Shown here in pieces: positions 51,388-62,100 of a stretch of DNA of 64,000 bases (position 1 is the stretch's first letter; the number at the start of each line of letters is the position of its first letter). The position numbers were made by a program, and so were the translations under genes. The stretch is from an uncultured Nitrospiraceae bacterium (GTDB lineage Bacteria; Nitrospirota; Nitrospiria; Nitrospirales; Nitrospiraceae), in NCBI GenBank assembly GCA_963846575.1, contig CAWJWJ010000002.1:1280001-1344000 (forward strand). The letters are read 5' to 3'. Below the pieces are notes generated by a model. The model was not told where the DNA came from. It was given only the letters and a program-made list of their open reading frames with translations, and searched no databases.

Positions 51388-52872
51388 CTAGGACCGTCCG
51401 TCCGGTCGCCGCCCTTGCGCTTGCCGCGAGACGATCGCCTCGAAGATCTCTCCCGGAGCGACCGTGTCGTGCTCATTCATGACTCGATCATACAAATCCT
51501 CCGGCAGTACGCGCAGGACAGTCATGAGCGCATGAGGTGCTTCATGCCACATTGTACGCATGCCCTTCGCTTCCCGGCGACCCGTGATCTTCCTCAACTG
51601 GTCGGCTGTCCACTCCATGCCTTGCATTTTCTGCGGGTAGCCGGGCGTCCTCCAGGCCGGATTCTCAAAGTCCGGCGCGACCGGCGGCCGATCGGGACTG
51701 GAGTCCTGGTAACGCGATTCATTGGAGTGCGCTCGAATCCGCGGTCCCACCTGTTGGACCATATGATTCATCATGTGGTGCACCATATGGCAGTGAAAGA
51801 TCCAGTCGCCGGGATTGAATGCAATGAACTCGAAATCCTGCACCATCGCTACGCCGACCAGAGTGGTGTTCCGGGGACTCCACGCACTCGGGGGAATACG
51901 TCCGGCTTCGGTGCCGGTAAGCCAAAAGGTGTGCCCATGGAAATGAATCGGATGGTGCTGTATGGGGCTGAAGTCCAGCAGCCGCACCCGTACCCGCTCT
52001 CCATGCTTGCAGAGTAGGGGGGTCGTGTAAGGACCGCTCCGGCCGTTGATCGTGTGCCAGTTCCAATCGGTCCGCATGGAGTCCGGCGTCTCCGTGTTGG
52101 GCGAGATCCAGAAGTTCTGAAAGATCAAACAGAAGTCTCGATCCACAGGTGGGTCATAGGCCACGCGGGGATGGATGATTAAGAAACCCACCATCCCGAA
52201 GGCTTCCTGCATCGCAATATGCGAGTGGTAGAAGAAGGAACCGGCCTGATGGAGATCATATTCGTAGACATAGGTCCCACCGGGAGGGATCAGATCCTGA
52301 GTAAGCCCTGGCACCCCGTCGAACTGCACCGGTAGCTCCAACCCGTGCCAGTGTATGGTGGTTGGCTCCGGTAATTCGTTATGGATCACAAATCGAACCC
52401 GATCGCCTTGGAAGGCCTCGATGATCGGTCCCGGCATGCTTCCATTAAATCCCCATACATTGATCCAGCGGTCGGGCAAAAACTCTCGCCGAACGGAAGT
52501 TAACTGGAGGACAAACTCCTTGACTCCATTGACCATCTTCCAGGGGACCTTTTCAAGATCCGGGGTCTCCACCAATACCGGCTCCAGTCCGGATGGACGC
52601 AATCCGGGCACCAGCTTACCGAGATACTCGGCATGATCGGGCCCTCCCCCGAAGCTGGGATGAAAGCGGGAGTAGTGAGAGAATTCCGAACCCGCGGCAG
52701 TTGTCCCCGCCTCAGGGGACCGGGCCGGCTGCGTCGCTGTCGAGGATGTATCCGCCGCCGGCTCAGTCCCCTTCGATGAAGCGCGTGCGACCGTGCCGGG
52801 CACCAACAAGGATGACGCGGCTGCGAGTCCGGTCGTCAGGACCTGTCGTCTCGTCACATCTTTCTTTGGCAT
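51388..52872 (-). CDS. Tat-exported two-domain multicopper oxidase
   Basis: TRRQVL leader; HWHG, YHSH, HPIHFHG, HCHMVHHMMNHM; GGAGG RBS. Confidence 0.88.
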   Translation of the reverse strand: MPKKDVTRRQVLTTGLAAASSLLVPGTVARASSKGTEPAADTSSTATQPARSPEAGTTAAGSEFSHYSRFHPSFGGGPDHAEYLGKLVPGLRPSGLEPVLVETPDLEKVPWKMVNGVKEFVLQLTSVRREFLPDRWINVWGFNGSMPGPIIEAFQGDRVRFVIHNELPEPTTIHWHGLELPVQFDGVPGLTQDLIPPGGTYVYEYDLHQAGSFFYHSHIAMQEAFGMVGFLIIHPRVAYDPPVDRDFCLIFQNFWISPNTETPDSMRTDWNWHTINGRSGPYTTPLLCKHGERVRVRLLDFSPIQHHPIHFHGHTFWLTGTEAGRIPPSAWSPRNTTLVGVAMVQDFEFIAFNPGDWIFHCHMVHHMMNHMVQQVGPRIRAHSNESRYQDSSPDRPPVAPDFENPAWRTPGYPQKMQGMEWTADQLRKITGRREAKGMRTMWHEAPHALMTVLRVLPEDLYDRVMNEHDTVAPGEIFEAIVSRQAQGRRPDGRS

Positions 52873-52924
52873 AACACCTCCTCTCTCATTCGGTTCGCCT
52901 GCGCCGGGCTCTCCAGGACATCCC

Positions 52925-54439
52925 CTAGCGAGGCTTCGGCGTCGCATCGATATGTCCGCGCGGCGTAACACCGCCCGGTGCGGTCAGCCCATCGACCAAT
53001 AGTAACCCGTCAATGGTCACCTGGGCCGTCCGCCAGGCCATCAGCTGGTCCACATAGGCTAACCGGCGATTGGATAATTCCCGTTGCGCTTCCAACACGT
53101 CCGGCCAATGGAGCCGGTCTTCCCGATAACTCTTCAGTTGAGCCGCATAGCCGGCTTCGGCCTGTGGAAGCACAGTAGTTTGATAGGCCCGTACATGTTG
53201 AAGCGCCGTGAGGTATTTCTGGAATTGCTCGGCGAGGGAACGCCGTAACTGCAGCTCGACCAATTGCACCTGATGTTCCTGACGCCTCATGTCCGCTTTG
53301 GCCTGCAGCACCGTGCCTTGGTTCCAGTCGAAGATGGGCACTTCGATCCAGGCCCGAATTCCGCCGACGGTTTGGGATTCCGTATAGTTTCGTCCCACAT
53401 CGGCGCGCACGAACAGATTGGGAATGGGCTCGACCAGTTCACGCTGCACCTTGATCTGATCCGACTTGAGCAGCGCCTTAGCCTCTGCTAATTGGGGGCT
53501 ATGGGCCAGGATATTTTGCAGGGCCTCATCAAAGGTGAACCGGTGAAGGTCCCCTTCCAATTCGCCGACCAGCTGACCGGGTGGCAGTGAGCGTCCGACC
53601 ACCGTCGCCAGTTGCTCCCACTGCATGCGAAGCTCGTTGTCGGCCATTTGAGTAGAGAGCTCCTGGTCCTCCAGGACGACCCGCGCATGATGGAGATCCG
53701 CGCGGTTCGCTTGGCCGATGTTGAACATTTCCTGTACGGTGACCAGATTATCCTCGGCGGTCTTGAGGAGTTCTCGCTGAATCGCCGCGCGTCTCTGCAT
53801 ACCCAAGGCACGATAGTAATGGATTCGCACTCCATTCAGAACAACATGGACCTGTGCCGCAGCCTGAGCCTCCGACGCGGACACGCGGGCTTGATACTTT
53901 TCCTGGCTCAATCGCAACTTTCCTCCGGTCACGAATTTCTGTTGAATGAACCCGCCCTGAAACTCGCCCGCCGTCCCTTTCTGGCCCAGTTGGTCCGCCA
54001 CATATCCAAGGAGGGGATTCGGCCAAAGCCCAGCCTGTAAAGCTTTTCCCTTTTCGCCTTCGATCAATGCCACTGCTTGCATGAGCGTCGGATTGTGCTG
54101 CCGTGCCAAACGCTCAATGGTTCCTAAGGTTAAGGGCCCCCTAAGCGCCTCGTGTAGTTCCTCCTCGGCAGAGTCGTCCCTGGCATGCGGCTCTTCCAGC
54201 GTAGACAGGGGTTGAACCTCCTGATTCGAGGACATCGTTTCGGATCTGTGTGCCTGCTCAGGAATCTTCGGCAGGCCGGGTGAAGTGCACCCGATAAGCA
54301 CAAGAACTGTGAGCAAAATCAACGCAGTGCATTTTTTTGGTAAGTCCATCCAAATCGCGCACAGGGTCCTACAGGGTCTCTCTCTCGGCAATTGCCATGG
54401 ATGCTGATGTGAGGAAAGGTTAATCCCGTATCGGATCAT
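52925..54439 (-). CDS. TolC-family outer membrane protein (lipoprotein); start may be 54349
   Basis: AGLWPNP, GGKL, VPIFDWNQG OEP motifs; LIGC lipobox. Confidence 0.85.
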   Translation of the reverse strand: MIRYGINLSSHQHPWQLPRERPCRTLCAIWMDLPKKCTALILLTVLVLIGCTSPGLPKIPEQAHRSETMSSNQEVQPLSTLEEPHARDDSAEEELHEALRGPLTLGTIERLARQHNPTLMQAVALIEGEKGKALQAGLWPNPLLGYVADQLGQKGTAGEFQGGFIQQKFVTGGKLRLSQEKYQARVSASEAQAAAQVHVVLNGVRIHYYRALGMQRRAAIQRELLKTAEDNLVTVQEMFNIGQANRADLHHARVVLEDQELSTQMADNELRMQWEQLATVVGRSLPPGQLVGELEGDLHRFTFDEALQNILAHSPQLAEAKALLKSDQIKVQRELVEPIPNLFVRADVGRNYTESQTVGGIRAWIEVPIFDWNQGTVLQAKADMRRQEHQVQLVELQLRRSLAEQFQKYLTALQHVRAYQTTVLPQAEAGYAAQLKSYREDRLHWPDVLEAQRELSNRRLAYVDQLMAWRTAQVTIDGLLLVDGLTAPGGVTPRGHIDATPKPR

Positions 54440-54606
54440 GTGGTTCCTCCTTCTATAGGGCAATAGATCAGAAATTATTCGGGGATCAATTCACGTGCCG
54501 GTAGGTACGTCCAGAATTCTCATGAAAGAGTAGGCGCTGGATAATGTTACCAGCGGCAGTGTTCGGTCGGATCTGTCTGTGTTCATGCCGAGGATAGACC
54601 GCAAAG

Positions 54607-55170
54607 ATGTTACGAGAAGTTTTAGAAAGTGATACTGGGGCAAGCCCTAGAAAACCCGATGTAACCTTCAAAGACTTCATTCGACGCCCGGTCTCCACCG
54701 CAGCCATTGGAGGAGAGCTTCTCCAACACAGTCTTACGAAGGCCACGGAACAGGTTCATACGGTTCGCAACGGAGAAAGCCCTCTCCCAGGATTCTAGTG
54801 GCTACTTCGCCATGCGATCATTGACTACTACCATTTCCCATACCACGGAGCAGAACCACCACGAACGCTTTCTGAAGGAGCTGAACGCCAGTGCGGGGGA
54901 TAACGAACCTTCTTTTTCCCGAGATTCCGTCGGGGAGTATGCGCATGCCTCAATCGCCTGTTGCCCGGGCTTCGACCAGTCTATGCGGAGGTACTCAGGC
55001 AGGTAGACTCACAAAGTGAACGAATCCAGGCAGTGGCAGAGGACCTTAAACATCGCTCCCAATAATCTCACTGTCCGTCTGCACCGCGCCCGTCAAGCTA
55101 TGCGGACGAGTCTCGAAGCCGTCTGCAGGGTTTGAGCGAAACATGGAAGCCTGCTTGCACGTGTGACTGA
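54607..55170 (+). pseudogene. CorE-like (Cys-rich C-terminus) ECF sigma factor, disrupted
   Basis: Fragments FKDFIRR..ELLQHSLTKA..F*WLLRHAIIDYY; VCACLNRLLPGLRPVYAEVLRQVD; NNLTVRLHRARQAMRTSLEAVCRV*AKHG..CTCD*. Confidence 0.8.
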
Positions 55171-55243
55171 ACTTGGTTTACAAGGGATAACCTAGACAAG
55201 AGCGTTGTCGAGAATCAAGCAGGATCCACTAGGAGAGGCCCTG

Positions 55244-55894
55244 ATGAGCGGCCCGGTTCCGAAGCTGCTGCCTAAAAAGGCTCTTGTAAGCACAAGTGAT
55301 GTCGACAAGGCGGAATGGAATTTTCAGCCACTCCTCGGTCCTCTGCACCGCCTTCGTTGGCAATTAGTTCTCTCCTTACTTCCTCAGAGACGGTTCCACC
55401 GCTTACTCGAAATCGGGTATGGGAGTGGAGTGTTCCTACCGGAACTGGCCCAGCACTGCGACGAGTTGCATGCCATTGATCAACACGCGAAGACGGAGGA
55501 AGTCGCACGCTCTTTAAGAGACCATCAGATTGAGGCCCACTTGCGTTCCGGAAGCGCTTTGGATCTTCCCTATGAGAGTGGCATGTTTGATTGTATTGTG
55601 GCCGTGAGTTGTTTGGAATACATGGACCCCTTTGAGCGAGCGGCTCAAGAGATCAGGAGGGTGCTGAAGAGGGATGGCTGTCTAGTATTTGTCACTCCCG
55701 GTAATTCGGCGGTCATCGACTTTGGGCACTATGTGTTAACCGGTTATCGGGCGAGGGAGCATTACGGTAATCGGCGAGACCATTTGGTTCCAACACTTCT
55801 CAAGACATTTGTATCGGAGGAGAAACTAACAGCGCCGCGTTTCTTCCCGCGCTTTTTGACGTTCTATCAGGGCTTCAGGTTCCGTCCGATTTAG
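55244..55894 (+). CDS. Class I SAM-dependent methyltransferase
   Basis: LLEIGYGSG, LPY..FDCI, RVLKRDG. Confidence 0.85.
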   Translation: MSGPVPKLLPKKALVSTSDVDKAEWNFQPLLGPLHRLRWQLVLSLLPQRRFHRLLEIGYGSGVFLPELAQHCDELHAIDQHAKTEEVARSLRDHQIEAHLRSGSALDLPYESGMFDCIVAVSCLEYMDPFERAAQEIRRVLKRDGCLVFVTPGNSAVIDFGHYVLTGYRAREHYGNRRDHLVPTLLKTFVSEEKLTAPRFFPRFLTFYQGFRFRPI

Positions 55895-56353
55895 TGATCC
55901 TTTAGCTCAACGACTGTATTGAGAATTTGATATCCTTTCTCGGTTTGTAGTGCACAACCCGCAATGGCTCCGAGTGCCCTGAGGGGCGTATTCTGGGCGA
56001 AGGGAGTGCCTCTAACTGTCTGCCCTGCAATAGCTCTTGTCCTCTCTGGCTGCAAGAACGACTAGGCTTAGAAATGCCAATGCACACGAATATGATCCAG
56101 TGCAATCTACTATTGGGACTTGCATAAATACGGAGAGGTGAACTATGACAACGGAAAATACCGGTATCAGAAGAACATCGGTGTCTAAGGGCGGCTGCAT
56201 CGAGCTTTGCATGTTCGCTCATGTCTGGTTTGACTAGTCTAGAATAGTGCGAGGCGGTTAGGGAGCAGTCCTCTGATTGCCTCATTAGGTTGCTGAGTTT
56301 TCATCCAAATAGATTCACTTGAACCCGGGCGTGTCGCATGATAGCGTCGCGGA

Positions 56354-56677
56354 ATGACGAACAGGCCTTACATCTGCGGTCGGACTGCACTCGCTTTAGC
56401 CATTTTGCTGGCTCTCCAATTGACGGGGTTTTCCTGCCTATCCGAATGGGAAATAGGTAGCGCGTGGGCTGCCAATGCGCAAAGTTTGTATAGTATTGAG
56501 GCATCTCCGGCTGCACTGGAAGCACCGGATGGCTGCCCCTGTCACTTCTATTTCAGCCCCGTTGACATCGTTATTCCTGAACCCGTCTTCCCTCTCAACG
56601 GGACACAAGCTCCTCCTCCGACACAATACGCTCTTCGTTTTGGCAATTTACCTTTTCATCCTCCCCTTCAGTCCTAA
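56354..56677 (+). CDS. Small exported protein with CPCH and C-terminal FHPP (CzcI/DUF2946-like leader gene)
   Basis: Hydrophobic N-terminus, CPCH motif, Pro-rich tail; 60 nt before czcC. Confidence 0.6.
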   Translation: MTNRPYICGRTALALAILLALQLTGFSCLSEWEIGSAWAANAQSLYSIEASPAALEAPDGCPCHFYFSPVDIVIPEPVFPLNGTQAPPPTQYALRFGNLPFHPPLQS

Positions 56678-56737
56678 GCTCCGTCTTTTGAAATAACTCA
56701 GCATTCGTTTAGTCCTAACTCATGGAGGGTCCACACC

Positions 56738-57991
56738 ATGTGGATGATCTATTTATTATTCATTGTGGCGACTTTTGCCCACACCCCTGCTACGGGTTTA
56801 GTTTCTGCCTCTGAACAATCACCAGAGTCTGTCTACAAGTTAGAAGATATTGTGCAGTTATCTCTCAAACACAACCCGGCAATCGCAGGCGCCGAAGCCC
56901 TTCTTGAACAAAGCGAAGGCCAACGCGTCACGGCGGGTGCTTATCTGAATCCTACTGTCACGGGCTCTGCGGGGCGGGGAGCGATCCGCGACCCCAGCAA
57001 TGGTATCACCGTTACTGAGCGTACGTTTACGGTTGAACAGCCAATAGAATGGCCAGGAAAACGTGCGGCTCGACAACGTGCTGCGGATGCCGGGCTAGCG
57101 GTCGCTTTGGCCGGCAAGGAGGAAACACGGGTAATCCTGCGGGCAGAGGCGAAAGCGGCCTTCTATCAAGTTTTGTTTGCCCAACAAGATGCGCAGCTCG
57201 CCAATCAAAATCTTAAGACAGTTACAGATCTCGTCAAATTAGTGGGCGCCAGAGTGAGTATTAAGGAAGCGCCAAAATTCGAATTGGTCAAAGCCACGGT
57301 AGAGCTTCAGAAATCCCGCAAGGATGTAGCACGCGCGGACAATGCGCTGCTCGTGGCTCGGGCCAAATTGAATACCGTGACGGGGAAGGTCCTAGGGGAA
57401 CGATTTGCAATTCAGGGCGAATTTGAAACAGCAAAAACCGAACTTGATCTACGTAGGCTAACCGAAGAAGCGGTAGATAGGCATCCCACCCTCCGCCGTC
57501 AACAAAAAGCCGTCGAACAAGCCGGTTTCTCCCTCGAACAAGAACGTGCCTCCCGTATCCCAAATGTGGCCGTTGTCGGGCAATATCACCGGGAAGCAGG
57601 CGATGAATCAGTCACGGCAGGGCTCAGTGTGCCGCTCCCCATTTGGTATCGACGGCAGGGAGAAATGGGCACCGCCATGGGAATCCAGCGACGAGCGCAA
57701 GCGGAACAAGTGCGCATGCAACAGGAATTAGAGCAAACCATTACACAGCATTTTCAGGAGGTGCAGACGGCGCAATCCCAAATAACAGTTTTCGAACAAG
57801 GTCTCCTCTATCAGGCCAAGGAGGCGCTTGATATTGCGCAGTTCAGTTTTCGGAATGGAGTCGCGAGTCTGCTAGAGGTGATTGACGCGCAGCGTGTGTA
57901 TCGCCAAACACTTCTAGAATATGCCCAGGCACGCGCTGATCATTCGATCGCATTCGCAAGGTTGGAACGTGCAGTGGGAGGCTTGCCATGA
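56738..57991 (+). CDS. czcC: Heavy-metal RND outer membrane factor (CzcC-like)
   Basis: AGAYLNP..EQPIEWPGKR..SVPLPIW..QG..SLLEVIDAQR. Confidence 0.85.
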   Translation: MWMIYLLFIVATFAHTPATGLVSASEQSPESVYKLEDIVQLSLKHNPAIAGAEALLEQSEGQRVTAGAYLNPTVTGSAGRGAIRDPSNGITVTERTFTVEQPIEWPGKRAARQRAADAGLAVALAGKEETRVILRAEAKAAFYQVLFAQQDAQLANQNLKTVTDLVKLVGARVSIKEAPKFELVKATVELQKSRKDVARADNALLVARAKLNTVTGKVLGERFAIQGEFETAKTELDLRRLTEEAVDRHPTLRRQQKAVEQAGFSLEQERASRIPNVAVVGQYHREAGDESVTAGLSVPLPIWYRRQGEMGTAMGIQRRAQAEQVRMQQELEQTITQHFQEVQTAQSQITVFEQGLLYQAKEALDIAQFSFRNGVASLLEVIDAQRVYRQTLLEYAQARADHSIAFARLERAVGGLP

Positions 57992-59199
57992 TCGTCCGTT
58001 CGATGATCCTTCCATTGCCAATGACCCGCAAGCTTGGGTGTCTAATTCTATGTGCTATGACTTTCGGGGCTTGTGAACCCAAACATGAAGAGCCTTCTAA
58101 GTCTCCTGCTACTGCATCCTCTGCCCAACCAGGCGTCATCGAATTGCCGGTAGGCAATCCCACGATCCAACAGTTAGAGACCGACCAGGTGGCTATTCGT
58201 TTCATTCAACCGACCCTCAAGGCCCAAGGCGGAAAGGTTTTGGCCAATGACAATCGGTTGGCCCACCTGAGCGGTCGCGTGCCCGGACGTATTGTAGCCG
58301 TATATGCCAATCTGGGAGACCTAGTGAAGGAAGGCGAGCAACTACTGCTACTCGATAGCCCCGCGTTTGGAGAAGCTCAGCTAGAATACCGAAAGGCCAG
58401 GACGATGGCGGGTGTGACAAAGAAGTCGCTCGAACGGGCGCAGGCGCTGTTGGAGCGTGGCGCAATAGGAGCCGGCGAGTACCAACGACGTGAGGCAGAA
58501 TTTGAAAACGCCCGAGCTGATCTGCATGAAGCAGAAGAGAAGTTGCATCTGCTCGGTATGACCGAAAAGGAAATCGGACGGCTCGCAGCAAAGAAATTGC
58601 CTCATGCCGAGGTCGCCCAGGTCTCGTTGCGCGCCCCCTTTAACGGCGAAGTCATTGAGCGGAATGCCACTATCGGCGAAGTCGTTGATCCGAACAAAAC
58701 GTTATTCACCGTGGCCGACCTTTCGACAGTCTGGGTCCGAGCTGATTTTCCCGAACAGCAAGCAGCCCGTCTCAAAACTGGCCTCGACATCGAACTCAGG
58801 GTGTCTGCCTACCCTGATACGGTCTTTCATGGAACCATCAGCTATGTCGCGGCGGTCATCGACCCGACGACACGCACGGTCATGGCGCGTTCCGATGTCC
58901 AGAACCCTGACGGACGCCTCAGGCCTGAAATGTTTGCGGACATCACCTTGAAGACCGAGACAGAAGAGCTCCTGGCTGTGCCCCGCACGGCTGTTCAGCA
59001 AGTTGGGAGTCGCACGATCGTATTCGTCAGACGGGGACCGCGCCGTTTTGAAGCGCGTGACGTGACTGTCGGGGAATCCTTTGATCAGTACATCCAGATT
59101 AAGTCTGGACTTACCGCTGGCGAAAGCGTTGTCACGCGAGGGAGCTATGCGCTCAAGTCCGAATCCGTCCGTGGGCAGATGCCAGGAGGGTCGGAATGA
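57988..59199 (+). CDS. czcB: RND periplasmic adaptor (CzcB-like)
   Basis: LRAPFNGEVIER..LFTVADLSTVWV..DPTTRT..LRPEMFA. Confidence 0.88.
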   Translation: MIVRSMILPLPMTRKLGCLILCAMTFGACEPKHEEPSKSPATASSAQPGVIELPVGNPTIQQLETDQVAIRFIQPTLKAQGGKVLANDNRLAHLSGRVPGRIVAVYANLGDLVKEGEQLLLLDSPAFGEAQLEYRKARTMAGVTKKSLERAQALLERGAIGAGEYQRREAEFENARADLHEAEEKLHLLGMTEKEIGRLAAKKLPHAEVAQVSLRAPFNGEVIERNATIGEVVDPNKTLFTVADLSTVWVRADFPEQQAARLKTGLDIELRVSAYPDTVFHGTISYVAAVIDPTTRTVMARSDVQNPDGRLRPEMFADITLKTETEELLAVPRTAVQQVGSRTIVFVRRGPRRFEARDVTVGESFDQYIQIKSGLTAGESVVTRGSYALKSESVRGQMPGGSE

Positions 59200-62100
59200 T
59201 CGAACGGCTGATTCAAGGCTCGCTCAACCAACGGCTGATCGTCCTTATTGCGGTCGCGCTCTTGGTCGTTGGGGGCATCGCGGCCTTTCGCGTGTTACCG
59301 ATCGATGCCTTTCCGGATGTCACTCCCATTCAAGTCCAAGTCATCACTAGGGCTTCCTCTCTCGCCCCGACGGAAATCGAACGGTTGGTCACCTTCCCCC
59401 TTGAAATTGAGCTCACTAATCTGCCGGGAAAAACTGAACTGCGCTCGGTGTCTCGGTTTGGCTTGTCAGTGATTACCGTCGTCTTTCACGACAAGATAGA
59501 CGTGTATTTCGCCAGACAAGTGGTCTTAGAAAAACTGGTCCAGGCCAGATCTCGATTGCCTCAAGGAGCGGACACGGCGCTTGGTCCGGTCAGTACAGGG
59601 CTCGGTGAAGTCTACATGTACCTGGTCGATGGACCTTCCCACGACCTGATGCAGTTGCGCACGCTCCAGGATTGGCTGATCCGACCTATGCTGCGCGCTG
59701 TGTCTGGACTAGCAGACGTGGACACGTTGGGCGGTATGGCGAAGCAGTACGAGGTGCTTGTTGAGCCCAACCGACTGACCAGCCTGGGCCTTACCTTGCG
59801 CCAAGTCCATGCGGCGGTGCTCGGGAATAATCAAAATGCAGGAGGCAGCTACATCGAACAAGGTGGTGACAAACTGGTGGTCTACGGCGTGGGGCTGGCG
59901 CGTTCCGCTCATGACTTAGAGCAAATCGTCGTTTCAGCTCATAAGGGCACCCCGATTTATGTTCGAGACGTGGCGGAGGTTCGCCAAGGCGCTGCCATCC
60001 GGCTCGGCGCCGTCACTCGCGATGGAAAGGGAGAAGTGCTCGAAGGAATCGCGGTGATGTTACGCGGCGGCAATAGTCGTGAAGTCTTGTCGTCCGTAAA
60101 AGAGAAGGTGAAGTTGATCAATAGCGTGCTCCCCGCCGGCGTCACCATGACACCGTTTTATGATCGGATCGAGCTGGTCGCTCGGGCGTTGGATACTGTC
60201 GAACGCGCTTTGCTGGAAGGGGCAGCGGTGGTGATCCTGGTGCTCTATTTATTCCTGCGGAACCTTCGCGGGGCACTCGTGGTCGCCTTGACGTTGCCTC
60301 TGGCTACCACGGCCACTTTCATCATTATGCAGCAGGTTGGTCTCACCGCTAACCTAATGTCCTTGGGGGGTCTGGCTATCTCGCTCGGGATGATTGTGGA
60401 TGCTGCCATTGTGCAGGTGGAAAATGTTGAGCGCCACTTAGGAGAGCAAGTCCCAAGGCGAGGCATGACGCTGCGTGAACGTCTTCCTATCGTCTTGCGG
60501 GCTGTGCTGGAAGTCCGGCGTCCGAGTCTCTTCGGAGAGTTGATTATTGCCCTCACATTCGTGCCGTTGCTGACCCTACAGGGAATTGAAGGAAAAATGT
60601 TCGTTCCGCTGGCCATGACGGTCGTCATCGCGCTGTTGAGCTCCCTTGTGCTTTCTATGACGGTGATCCCAGTTTTGGCCCTCATGCTGATGCAGCCGCG
60701 AGGTACAACTGAGCCGACCCGCTTATTAGACAAGAGCAGGAGGATCTATCGCGGTATCCTAGAAGCCGCTATTCGTAACACCGCTCTGGTCATCACTGTT
60801 TTTGCCGGGCTGTTGGTTGGCGGATTAGCCTTACTTCCCTTCATTGGTCGTGAATTCGTGCCAATCATGGATGAGGGCACGATCGTCGTGAATTTGATGC
60901 GTCCTGCCAGTATCAGCCTCAGCGAATCGCTGAAAATTGCTGGCGAGGTGGAACGACTCCTCCTGGACATGCCTGACGTGCGTTCCGTGGTGTCGCGGAC
61001 CGGAGCCAATGAGTTGGGTACGGACCCCATGGGAATGGAGTTGAGCGACATGTATGTTCTGCTGAAACCTAACCGCGAGTGGCAAGCTAGGTCGAAAGGC
61101 GAGATTGAAGAGCAAATTCGTCAGCGACTTGGCCAAGTGCCTGGCGTGACCTTCGGTCTGTCACAACCCATTGCGATGCGTGTTGATGAATTGGTCTCGG
61201 GCGTACGATCACAGGTGGCGGTGAAACTATTTGGGGATGATCTAGAAACCTTACGTACGAAGGGCGATGAGATTGCACGCGTGCTCGGTCAAGTACGGGG
61301 GATTTCTGATATCCGCGTCGAGCAGGTCTCGGGCCTGTATTATCTAAAGATCGATATCGATCGGACCAAAATTGCCCGCCACGGCATTAATGTCGCAGAA
61401 ATCACAGAGGTGATTGAGGCGGTCGGCGCAGGTCTCGCCGCTGGAGAAATCTTTGAGGGGCAGTGGCGCTTCCCTATCATGGTTCGCTTTCCGGATGAGC
61501 GCCGAGTCGATGTGGCAACCATCGCGGCGTTATGGGTGACCGCGCCTGACGGGTCCCGGATTCCATTGAAGGAATTAGCTGACGTTCGCATTGTAGAAGG
61601 TCCAGCGCAGATTAGCCGTGAACACGCTAGTCGCCGGATTGTCATTGAACTCAATGTTGTAGGTCGCGATTTAGTCGGCGCTGTAGAGGAGGCGCAATCA
61701 GCCGTGGGTCGCCTCGTGTCGCTTTCGCCCGGCTATTATGTGACGTGGGGAGGCCAGTTTGAAAATCAACGTCGAGCCATGGCTCGCCTTGTTGTCGTGG
61801 TGCCGGCAGTCTTCGGGCTGATTTTTCTACTACTTTTCTTCACCTTCCGAAAGATTAAGCAGGCGGCACTCATCCTACTTGCTATTCCATTCGCCATGGT
61901 CGGAGGCTTGCTCGCGCTTTTTCTCACGGGTATGTACCTCTCGGTGCCAGCCTCAGTGGGCTTCATTGCCTTGTTCGGTATTGCGGTCCTGAATGGTGTC
62001 GTAAAAGTATCGTATATCAACCAGCTTCGAGAGCAGGGAATGCCCTTGAAGGAGGCGGTTCTATCAGGGATGGTATTGCGATTTCGTCCGGTGTTAATGA

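Noticed and set aside
55133..55135. In-frame TGA at a Cys position of the sigma tail as selenocysteine
   Set aside because: The gene also has a TAG and frameshifts, so a nonsense mutation is simpler
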